A stretch of DNA of 64,000 nucleotides from a virus: IMG/VR virus record IMGVR_UViG_3300034152_001291, positions 1-64,000 of that record. One strand, written 5' to 3'. Below are positions 42,791 to 51,555 of the stretch, one piece after another. How positions within the stretch are numbered: position 1 is the first letter of the stretch; the number at the start of each line of letters is the position of its first letter. Below the pieces are notes generated by a model. It saw only the letters and a program-made list of their open reading frames with translations. It did no database searches and was not told the origin of the DNA. The position numbers and the translations under genes were made by a program.

Positions 42791-45700
42791 TCAACGCCGA
42801 CCAGCAGTTTCCGGAGATGATGAAGCGGGTGGAGAACGCGATCTCCCGCGCTTTTCCCATCGAGTCCAAGCGGCACGTCATGGACGTCCGGAACCTGCGT
42901 TGGAAGAACTTCGGGCCTTCGATCCGGGACAACATCCGGCTTCAGAAAGAGTTCAAGAACAAGGACAAGACCCTCTCCGCCGACCTGGTCGGGGACGTGA
43001 GGATCCGGTCGAGAGCGGGGAGGGTGGTCGACACCAAGCCCGGCATGGTGCTCGTCACCCTCCCTCACATTACCAACCGGGCCTCCTACATCGTCAACGG
43101 CCACGAGGTGCAGACGGTGAACCAGCTCCGGCTGCGCCCGGGCCCCTACTCGAGGTTCACCTCCGACGACAACACGGAGACCTTCATCAATGCGGCGGGC
43201 GGAGGTTATAAGATCATCTTCAACCGCCAGACGGGCGTGCTCCGCTTGAAGTCCGGCTCCTCATTCTTCTACCTCTACCCGATCCTGAAGAGCCTCGGCG
43301 TCACGGACGCGCAAATGAAGTCGGCGTGGGGTGGCGATATCTTCACCGCTAACAAGGCGCACGACAAGAGCGATCAGGTTACGCGCCTCTACCGGAACAT
43401 GCGTCCTTACGCCGAGATCCCGGAGGATCCGGAGGAGCTGTCCACCGCCGTCGACACCTTCTTTCGTTCGAAGCAGCTCGACCCGAAGATCTCCAAGATC
43501 ACGATGGGGAAGGAATACGATCGGATCTCTCCCGACCTTCTTCTCCGGTCCAGCGGGAAGGCGATCGACCTGGCCAAGGGCAGCGTGGAGATGGACGACA
43601 CCGAGTCGCTCGCTTTCAAGTCCATCCACAGCGTCGAGGATTTCATCCCCGAGAGAATCGAGAAGGCCATCCCGAGCGTGAAGCGCGCGATCCAGTTCAA
43701 GATGGACAGGGCCCCCAAGATCTCGAGCCTTCTCTCTCCCGCGTCCTTCTCCAATCCCGTGATCGATTGGTTCATCACGAGCGAGTTCACCCGCTACTCG
43801 GACCAGCAGAATCCCGTGGACATGGCGTCGACGAGCCAGCTAACGACCACCATGGGAGAGGGAGGAATTCGAAGCGCCCACGCCGTGACCGACCAGGTGC
43901 GCATGGTTCACCCCTCCCAGATGGGTTTCTTGGATCCCATTCACAGCCCGGAGGGTGGTCGGATCGGTGTGACGGGGCACCTCACGATCGGAGCGGAGAA
44001 GAAGGGCGACAGCCTCTACACCAAGGTCATCGACGCGAAGACCGGCCGCCAGGTCTCGAAGAGCGCTCAGGACCTCGAGAACGCGGTCATCGCCTTCAAT
44101 GACCAGTACGACCTGACTGGGGACCGGCCACGTCCCTTGAAGCCGAGGGTGGAGGTCCGGGCAAAGGGGAAAATTCAGATTGTTCCAGCGTCGCAGGTCG
44201 AGTACGTCTTCAGGGATCCCAGGTCGTTCTTCTCGGTCACGTCGAACGCGATTCCCTTCCTCCACAACAACAACCCCAACCGCGGGCAGATGGCGGACCG
44301 CCACATCGAGCAGACCGTCCCCCTGACCGATCCGGACAGTCCCGTGGTTCAATCCAAGTTTCAAGGCAAGGAGGGCTTCGACGACTTCTTCGGCCGGAAC
44401 GTGAGCATCCAGTCCCCGGTGGATGGGACGGTCACCCTGGTTCGGAACGACCGGCTCAAGATCCGGGGAGACGACGGAAAGATGTACCTGGCCTACCTTC
44501 ACTACCAGTACCCCCTGAACGGAGGTTCGTTCCTCACGGACAGGCCGACCGTGAAGGCGGGGGACCGCGTCAAGAAAGGGCAGGTCATCGCGGAGAACAA
44601 CTTCTCGAAGGGAGGGGCGCTGGCTCTCGGCAAGACGCTCAGGACAGCTTACGTTCCTTACAAGGGCTACAACTTCGAGGACGGGGTGGTCATCTCCCAG
44701 GCCGCCGCGAGGAAGCTGACTTCCGAGCACCAGTATCAGCTCAGGCTCGACATCGACAGGAACACCAGGGTGGGGCTCGACATCTTCCTCGCGCACTTCC
44801 CGGACGAGATCGTGAACATCGATCGGGCCAAGTACGATCGGGACGGGATAGTCAGGAAGGGAAGCCGGGTCACCAAGGATGAGATCCTGGTCCCGGCCGT
44901 GTCCCAGACCGAGGTCAGCGAAGAATTCGACTACGCCCGTCTTCACAAGTCGCTGAAGAAGCCGTGGCGCAACGCCTCCATCGTGTGGGAGAGCGACTTT
45001 CCGGGTGAGGTCGTGGACGTCGTGAAGACCTCGAAATTCATCAAGGTGTTTCTTCGAACGGAGGAAGCTGCGCAGGTGGGCGACAAGGTCTCCCAGCGAT
45101 CAGGCGGGAAGGGAATCATCGTCAACATACTCCCGGATAATGAGATGCTCCAAGGAGAGGACGGGAAGCCGGTGGATGTCCTCTTCAATCCCGGGGGCGT
45201 CACGGGGCGCGTGAATCCGGGACAGCTCTACGAAGCGAGCATGGGGAAGGTCTCGAGGAAGACCGGCGAGAAGTACCTGGTGGAGAACTTCTCTCCGGAG
45301 TCGTCTCTCGACCGCGTTCAGGCGGAGATGCGAAAAGCGGGCGTCAAGGATACCGAGACGCTCACGGATCCCGGCACGGGGAACAAGATCAACGATATTT
45401 TTACGGGCGACATTCACTTCCTGAAGCTCCAGCATCAGGTTCGGAACAAGTTCAAGGCGAGAGGCCTCGGCAGTTACACGACGGACGAGCAGCCGAGCAA
45501 GGTCGGGAAGGAGTCGGCACAGAACATCGGATCTGGGGAGCTCTACGCTCTTCTCGCCTCGGGAGCCATGCACTTCCTGAAAGACACGACGACACTGAAG
45601 TCGCAGTCGAATCCTGAATACTGGCGCGCCCTTCAGACCGGCCTCCCCACGCCGCCCCCGCAGCAGCCTTTCATTCTCGACAAGTTCGTCACGAGTCTGG

Positions 45701-48700
45701 AGGGGGCCGGCGTCAACCTGGCCCGCGAAGGATCGAAGGTGAAGGCCCTCCCCATGACGGACAAGGACGTGGAGTCCCGGTCCAGGGGAGAGATCAAGAA
45801 CTTCACCGTGGTCCGGGCGTCAGACTTGAAGCCGGAGGCCGGAGGGCTCTTCGACAAGGGGATCACGGGAGGCTACGACGGGGTCCACTGGGCCCATATC
45901 GATCTCGAGACCCCCATGCCGAGCCCGCTCATGGAGAAGGCCCTGATCGCGGTCGCGGGCCTGAAGCCCGCCGAGTACAAGTCGATCATGCGAGGCACGC
46001 TCTTCGTGACGAGGGACGGGCACTTGACGACGGACTCGAAGAAGGGGGCGCCGGCGGGAGAAGGCCTGAAGATTCTCCTCGATAAGGTCAATGTGGAGAG
46101 GGATCTCGAGGATACGATTTCCCAGATCCGGATCGCCCGGGGCAGCAGGCTGGACGACCTGAACAAGAAGCGTCGCTACCTCCAGGCCCTGAAATCGTCG
46201 AAGCTCACGCCCTCCGAGGCCTACATCACAAGCAAGGTCCCCGTGATCCCGCCCAAGTTCAGGCCGGTCTACCCCCTGCCGGACGGGTCTCTGAACGTGG
46301 CCGACCCTAATCACGGGTATCGTGAAGTCCTGATGATCAACAATCAGCTGAAGGCGCTGAGGAATCAGGGTGTCGACAACAGGAATCTCGCTTCCATGCG
46401 GGCGGATCTCTACGGGGCTCTCCAGGGGTTGACGGGCATGACGGAGCCTCTCACCAGGGCCAAGAACTTCAGGGGCTTCGTCTCGACCATCAAGGGGAGG
46501 TCGAACAAGAGAGGGCTGTTCCAGGGAAAGGTGGTGAAGAGGCCCCAGGACCTCTCCGGGCGCTCTACGGTGATCCCCGATCCGAATCTCGGAATCGACG
46601 AGGTGGGTCTTCCGGCCGACATGGCGCTGACCATCTACAAGCCGTTTTTGGTGCGCCGTCTCGTGGGCATGGGCTACAAGCCCACCGAGGCCATGGATCT
46701 CGTCGACAAGAAAGATCCGAAGGTTTTGGACATCCTGAAGGACGAGGCGGCGGAGCGCCCGGTCTGGATGAATCGCGCGCCGAGCCTTCACAAATTCAGC
46801 ATGCTTCCCTTCAGGCCGAGGATCGCTCCCGGCAAGGCGATCCAGGTCAATCCCCTCATCGTGAAGGGGTTCAACATGGACTTCAACGGGGATTCCTGCT
46901 CGCCCGATACCGTCGTTTACGTTCGGCGTGTCTCCGATAGAACATTATTCGTGGGGTCTTTCGATGAATTTGTGAAGAACGAGCTCTTGCCTGGAATCGA
47001 TGACGCCGGTTTGGAGGAGATAGCCGGGGGCGTCACTGGAATTCTTGAGTTCGCTGATTCAGCTTATGAGGTCCTGGGACTTTTCGAGGGGAAAATTGCG
47101 TGGCAGCCTTTGAACCAGATAACGATACACACATCTCACGGGCCATGCTTTGAAGTCTCGTTCAAATCCGGTGACACTTTGATCTGTTCCGAGCACCACA
47201 ATCTATTCGGGGTGGATCCAGATACCCTCGATCTTTTCACTTTCAAAACCGAAAAGCATGAGGAGTATCCCGACGTTGTCGTCCCTATCGTCTCATTGTG
47301 GGATTCCGAACCGGTCGGCAACGCAAGGATTCCGGCCCTGGACTCGGGCAGGCGGCTGGATACTGTCCCTGTCGATGACGATTTGGCCTGGTGGACGGGA
47401 GTCTATGTTGGGGAGGGAAGCCTGACCGGACGGAATGATATCGTATCCTGTTCGTCTTCCGATCCGGAGATGCTTGGCCAGATCAAGATCGCTATGGAAC
47501 GCATTGGGCCCGTGTGGGAAACAGATAACCAGGTGAGGATAACAAGTAAAGATCTCTTCAAGGCTTTTGAGAGTGCTTTCGGAAAGGGAAGCCAGAACAA
47601 GAAGTTTCCGGATTTCGTCTTCGAGATGCCTCCGGCGCTTCGGTTGCAGGCCGTTGTCGGTTTCCTCGACGCGGAAGCACAGGCCGCATTTGATATCAAC
47701 GGTCGTCCATTCTTGACGGTAGAATTGACGAGTCTCCAGGCTCTCCGGCAAGTATCCATGTTGATGAGAAGCGTAGGCATCCGGAGCTCCATAAGAGAAG
47801 GTCGACCGGAAAAAACCGGAAGGAAGAAGACCTGGATTCTTTACGTTGAGAAATCCGGATTCGGGCTTCTTCCAAACTTTCGATCAAAATCGAAAAAAGA
47901 ATGGCAGGCTAAAGTTCGAAACTTTTCTGAAATCTCCAGAAGTCGGATGGATATGGTTCCAATGTTCGATTCGGTCTTCTCGGCTCTCACGAAGAAAGGC
48001 CTGGAGAATAGGACAGAGGATAAAAAGACGCGGGCCGAACGCAGAGCGTGGGCGAAAGAGTATGCTTCCAGCCATGGAGTTCCTTTCGGGCCTGTATCGA
48101 AAAGCGATCTTGTCGGGCATTCTTTGATAACACGTCGAGCCGCGTTCAGAATTGCGGCCTGGTACGGTCCATTCGAGAAGGATTCTCTTCTCGACAAGTG
48201 GAGATCCCTGGTGGAGAACACTTCCGTATCGTACACGGAGATTTCTTGCCGAGAAATCGACCGGCTCCCGATCCTTTACGATTTCAGCGTTCCTCCGAAT
48301 GAAGCCTTTGTTGTCAACTCTGGAATCGTGACGCACAACACCGTCGGCATCCATGTCCCCGTCAGCGAGGAGGCCCGGCAGGAGGCTTTCCAGAAGCTTC
48401 CGTCCAAGCAGCTGCTCTCGGTCCGGGAGCAGTCGGCGGTCCACACTCCGTCGAAGGAATATGTCCTCGGTCTCTACCTCATGACGCATCCCAAAGGAAA
48501 GACTGTCACGGCGAAGTCTCGTACCGACATGATGGCCCAGTATCAGGCCAAGAAGATCAAGGTGAACACGCCCGTGAAGATAGGGTCGGATATCTGGACG
48601 CCGGGCCAGGCTCTGGTCGACGATGTCTTTCCCGTAGGGCTGAAGCCCGGCAACAGGGTGATGGACAAGAGGACGGTGGAGACCCTTCTCTTCGAGGTCG

Positions 48701-50247
48701 CCAGAAAGGAGCCCAACAAGGCCGGTGACGTCATCAGCAGGATCAAGGACCTCGGCGCTCATTTCGTGACCGAGATCGGCTACTCCTTCGGGCTCGAGGA
48801 CCTCAAGTTCGACTACAAGAAACGCGAGCAGATCCTGGATGAGGCCGAGAAGAAAACGCCCAAGATCGGTTTCGAGAAGGCCTACGGGCAGGCTCTTGAC
48901 AAGATGAACAGCGAGATTCGGAAGACGAAAGGGAATCGGGTCGTCGAAGGCAGCATCACTTCGGGAGCTTTCGGCAAGGCCGACATGGTCACGCAGATGA
49001 TTGCCACGCCCGTGGCGGTCCGGGACCACAAGAATGAGATCATCCCGGTCCCTATCAAACGATCGTTTGCGGAAGGGCACGGAATTTCGAGCTACTGGGC
49101 AACGGCGCCGGGGGCTCGCAAGGGTCTGATCGAGAAGGGCCTCGGCACGGCGGAGACGGGAGCGCTGAGCAAGCGCCTGATCAACACCACCGTCACGCAG
49201 ACAATCAGCATGAAGGACTGCGGCACGACCGAGGGAACTCTGATGCCGATCGAGTCCCGCGACGCGCTGGACCACTTCGTCGCCGACGGCCCGTTCAAGA
49301 AGGAGGCGATCACGTCCGAGCTCGTGACACAGATGAAGCGACGCGGCCTGAAGCAGGTGCTCGTTCGGTCTCCGCTGAAGTGCGAGGCTCCCCAGGGAGT
49401 CTGCGCGATGTGCTTCGGCCTGCTGGAAAACGGGAAGGTCCCGCCGATCGGCTACAACGTGGGCGTCCTTTCGGGCCAGGCCGTCTCGGAACCCATGACC
49501 CAGCTCACTCTGAGGGCCTTCCATACGGGCGGAGCAATGGCGCAGAAGGCGGTCGGCTTCGACCGGATCAAACAGATTTTCGAACTCCCGGAGAATCTCC
49601 CTGGACGCGCCCCGCTCGCTCAGACCACGGGCAAGGTCGAATCGATCGACCCGGCTCCCGGCGGGGGTTGGATCGTGGTCATCGGGGGTGTGGACCATTT
49701 CGTGCCTCAGGAGCGCGGGCTCGGGGTGAAGAGAGGCGACAGGGTCTTGGCGGGTCAGCAGATCTCCAAGACCGGGGTCATTCGCCCTCAGGAACTACTC
49801 GCAGCCACGAACGACATCGATAAGGTTCGTGGCCAGATGGTGAAGGATCTCAACAAGGAGTTCGGGACGGGTGGTGTCCATATTCAGCGAAAGCTCCTCG
49901 AGACCGTCGTGCGCCCGATGACTGATCGAGCTGAGGTGACGGACGCCGGCGACGGAGAAAAGAAGGGCTACTTCAAGGGGGACGTCGTCGCCATAAACAA
50001 GCTCGAGAAGACGAACAAGGAGATCCGTAAGGCCGGCGGGAAACCGATCGAATATCAGCCCACTCTTTTGTCCATCCGCGTCGCCCCGTATCATAGCGGC
50101 GACTTCATCGGGAAGCTGATGTTCGAGCGTCCTCACGAGACGATCTCGGCCGCCCCGAGGATCGGCGCCGAGGCGGATGTGGTGAAGGGACACCCGATCA
50201 CGCGCCACACGTTCGGTCGCTACTTTGGAGCTCGGAATAAGAAATGA
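42787..50247 (+). CDS. single-chain DNA-directed RNA polymerase, fused beta + beta' subunits, intein-containing
   Basis: beta: SPEG, IPFL.N...NR, GYNFEDG, GDK...GGKG, NP.GV.GR.N.GQ, KL.H.V; beta': PVIPP.FRP, DLSGRS, NRAPSLH, NMDFNGD, GARKGL, DCGT/RSPLKC/CAMC, EPMTQLTLRAFHTGG. Confidence 0.95.
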   Translation: MINADQQFPEMMKRVENAISRAFPIESKRHVMDVRNLRWKNFGPSIRDNIRLQKEFKNKDKTLSADLVGDVRIRSRAGRVVDTKPGMVLVTLPHITNRASYIVNGHEVQTVNQLRLRPGPYSRFTSDDNTETFINAAGGGYKIIFNRQTGVLRLKSGSSFFYLYPILKSLGVTDAQMKSAWGGDIFTANKAHDKSDQVTRLYRNMRPYAEIPEDPEELSTAVDTFFRSKQLDPKISKITMGKEYDRISPDLLLRSSGKAIDLAKGSVEMDDTESLAFKSIHSVEDFIPERIEKAIPSVKRAIQFKMDRAPKISSLLSPASFSNPVIDWFITSEFTRYSDQQNPVDMASTSQLTTTMGEGGIRSAHAVTDQVRMVHPSQMGFLDPIHSPEGGRIGVTGHLTIGAEKKGDSLYTKVIDAKTGRQVSKSAQDLENAVIAFNDQYDLTGDRPRPLKPRVEVRAKGKIQIVPASQVEYVFRDPRSFFSVTSNAIPFLHNNNPNRGQMADRHIEQTVPLTDPDSPVVQSKFQGKEGFDDFFGRNVSIQSPVDGTVTLVRNDRLKIRGDDGKMYLAYLHYQYPLNGGSFLTDRPTVKAGDRVKKGQVIAENNFSKGGALALGKTLRTAYVPYKGYNFEDGVVISQAAARKLTSEHQYQLRLDIDRNTRVGLDIFLAHFPDEIVNIDRAKYDRDGIVRKGSRVTKDEILVPAVSQTEVSEEFDYARLHKSLKKPWRNASIVWESDFPGEVVDVVKTSKFIKVFLRTEEAAQVGDKVSQRSGGKGIIVNILPDNEMLQGEDGKPVDVLFNPGGVTGRVNPGQLYEASMGKVSRKTGEKYLVENFSPESSLDRVQAEMRKAGVKDTETLTDPGTGNKINDIFTGDIHFLKLQHQVRNKFKARGLGSYTTDEQPSKVGKESAQNIGSGELYALLASGAMHFLKDTTTLKSQSNPEYWRALQTGLPTPPPQQPFILDKFVTSLEGAGVNLAREGSKVKALPMTDKDVESRSRGEIKNFTVVRASDLKPEAGGLFDKGITGGYDGVHWAHIDLETPMPSPLMEKALIAVAGLKPAEYKSIMRGTLFVTRDGHLTTDSKKGAPAGEGLKILLDKVNVERDLEDTISQIRIARGSRLDDLNKKRRYLQALKSSKLTPSEAYITSKVPVIPPKFRPVYPLPDGSLNVADPNHGYREVLMINNQLKALRNQGVDNRNLASMRADLYGALQGLTGMTEPLTRAKNFRGFVSTIKGRSNKRGLFQGKVVKRPQDLSGRSTVIPDPNLGIDEVGLPADMALTIYKPFLVRRLVGMGYKPTEAMDLVDKKDPKVLDILKDEAAERPVWMNRAPSLHKFSMLPFRPRIAPGKAIQVNPLIVKGFNMDFNGDSCSPDTVVYVRRVSDRTLFVGSFDEFVKNELLPGIDDAGLEEIAGGVTGILEFADSAYEVLGLFEGKIAWQPLNQITIHTSHGPCFEVSFKSGDTLICSEHHNLFGVDPDTLDLFTFKTEKHEEYPDVVVPIVSLWDSEPVGNARIPALDSGRRLDTVPVDDDLAWWTGVYVGEGSLTGRNDIVSCSSSDPEMLGQIKIAMERIGPVWETDNQVRITSKDLFKAFESAFGKGSQNKKFPDFVFEMPPALRLQAVVGFLDAEAQAAFDINGRPFLTVELTSLQALRQVSMLMRSVGIRSSIREGRPEKTGRKKTWILYVEKSGFGLLPNFRSKSKKEWQAKVRNFSEISRSRMDMVPMFDSVFSALTKKGLENRTEDKKTRAERRAWAKEYASSHGVPFGPVSKSDLVGHSLITRRAAFRIAAWYGPFEKDSLLDKWRSLVENTSVSYTEISCREIDRLPILYDFSVPPNEAFVVNSGIVTHNTVGIHVPVSEEARQEAFQKLPSKQLLSVREQSAVHTPSKEYVLGLYLMTHPKGKTVTAKSRTDMMAQYQAKKIKVNTPVKIGSDIWTPGQALVDDVFPVGLKPGNRVMDKRTVETLLFEVARKEPNKAGDVISRIKDLGAHFVTEIGYSFGLEDLKFDYKKREQILDEAEKKTPKIGFEKAYGQALDKMNSEIRKTKGNRVVEGSITSGAFGKADMVTQMIATPVAVRDHKNEIIPVPIKRSFAEGHGISSYWATAPGARKGLIEKGLGTAETGALSKRLINTTVTQTISMKDCGTTEGTLMPIESRDALDHFVADGPFKKEAITSELVTQMKRRGLKQVLVRSPLKCEAPQGVCAMCFGLLENGKVPPIGYNVGVLSGQAVSEPMTQLTLRAFHTGGAMAQKAVGFDRIKQIFELPENLPGRAPLAQTTGKVESIDPAPGGGWIVVIGGVDHFVPQERGLGVKRGDRVLAGQQISKTGVIRPQELLAATNDIDKVRGQMVKDLNKEFGTGGVHIQRKLLETVVRPMTDRAEVTDAGDGEKKGYFKGDVVAINKLEKTNKEIRKAGGKPIEYQPTLLSIRVAPYHSGDFIGKLMFERPHETISAAPRIGAEADVVKGHPITRHTFGRYFGARNKK
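46894..48339 (+). mobile_element. intein with LAGLIDADG homing endonuclease (482 aa) in RNAP
   Basis: Starts SCSPDTVV, block B CSEHH, WTGVYVGEG and VVGFLDAEA, ends LYDFSV...IVTHN followed by Thr; visibly lower GC. Confidence 0.92.
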
Positions 50248-51545
50248 TCTCTGTGGGAGAGGTTACGCAGCCCGTCCCCAGCAAGAGAGCCTACCTTGTC
50301 AGCTTCTACAACGGGACCGAGCAGCTCTGCCAGACGGGAAATTTCGGGATCGAGGTCACCTATGATGTAGGAGACCAGGTCGTCTGCGTGACCCCCACCT
50401 CGGGCGTGCGGCAGGGTCCCATCATCCTCTGCCGGATAAATCCGCCCGCCATCCCCAACAAAGACAAGGAGAACCTGGGCAAGAGCGTCTTGCAGCTCCT
50501 CGCCGAGGAGGAAGAGAATCTCATCGCAAACGCCGTTCAGGGGTACCAACCGGACGGCATCCCCGACTGGGGGCGGGTCGAGGACAGGAACCCCCTCTCG
50601 ATCGGTGATATCCAGACGAGGAGCCGGACGTCGGAGGCCTTCAGCCAGATCACACCGGACGGGTCCATCATCAACTTCGTGAACGAGCTCCTACACCTCG
50701 TCCTGGCTTCCAGGAAGAGCGCCGCGATCCTCCGGATGAAAGAGCTGTTCATGGATGTGATCCCGGGCTTCCGCCTGAACGTCGGCGAGGTCTCGGATCC
50801 CGAGATTCAGAAGCCGGACGCCCCCAAGAGGATCGAAGACAAGAAGGTGAGGCTGGAATCTTTCCTGGCTTCGGATCCGGAGGAGCCCAATACGCTGGAT
50901 TTCGGCGCGCTTCTGGGGGCCTTGAATCCGAATGACGACCCCAAGTTCGGGCAGAGTCAGGCCACTCGGGGAAAGAGGTTCAAGAGAGGAGGCAGGATCC
51001 GTCTCGGCGATCTCGGGGTTTTCGAGGTGGACCTGGACCAGAACGAGATCCGCTTCACCCTGAGCCGCAGCGATGCCCCCGGTCTTTACCAGATACGCCT
51101 GAACAAGGAGGAGGCTGTCTTCTCCTGGGGGAGCCAGTTCGTGTCGTTCAGAGACGAGGGCCTTCTGATCAAGGCCGACATGATCGGCCTCGCGGGCCCA
51201 TGGGGGATGTGGTCACCCGAGACCGTGGCCGGCTTCACACACGATGTTCAGCCGGACGAACAGACCTTCCAGCCGATCGCCGAGTGGAAGACTTCGGCGG
51301 GGGAGAGCGGCATCAAGTTCAGCCGGAGCGTATACTTCGGTAGTAAAGAGGAGCCGGCGATCCTGGAGGGATACATTGACACGTTCTTGAAGCCCCAGCT
51401 GGAACTGTTGGGCGCCCACACGCACAATGTGACGGCTGTCGGGGCCCCCACGGGGCCCATGCTGCCGCCGATAACGGTGCTGAACTCCTTGATCCAGGAA
51501 CCGACGGTTGACACGTACCTCAGCCTGGTGAAAATCGCTCTGTAG
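50244..51545 (+). CDS. probable baseplate central spike (gpV/gp138-like)
   Basis: N-terminal OB-fold-like VGDQVVC...PIIL; C-terminal AHTH...GAPTGP apex motif. Confidence 0.55.
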   Translation: MISVGEVTQPVPSKRAYLVSFYNGTEQLCQTGNFGIEVTYDVGDQVVCVTPTSGVRQGPIILCRINPPAIPNKDKENLGKSVLQLLAEEEENLIANAVQGYQPDGIPDWGRVEDRNPLSIGDIQTRSRTSEAFSQITPDGSIINFVNELLHLVLASRKSAAILRMKELFMDVIPGFRLNVGEVSDPEIQKPDAPKRIEDKKVRLESFLASDPEEPNTLDFGALLGALNPNDDPKFGQSQATRGKRFKRGGRIRLGDLGVFEVDLDQNEIRFTLSRSDAPGLYQIRLNKEEAVFSWGSQFVSFRDEGLLIKADMIGLAGPWGMWSPETVAGFTHDVQPDEQTFQPIAEWKTSAGESGIKFSRSVYFGSKEEPAILEGYIDTFLKPQLELLGAHTHNVTAVGAPTGPMLPPITVLNSLIQEPTVDTYLSLVKIAL

Positions 51546-51555
51546 GAGGCATTCG

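Noticed and set aside
42787-50247. Cellular rpoBC locus
   Set aside because: No ribosomal-protein neighbours, reduced size, flanked by phage virion genes
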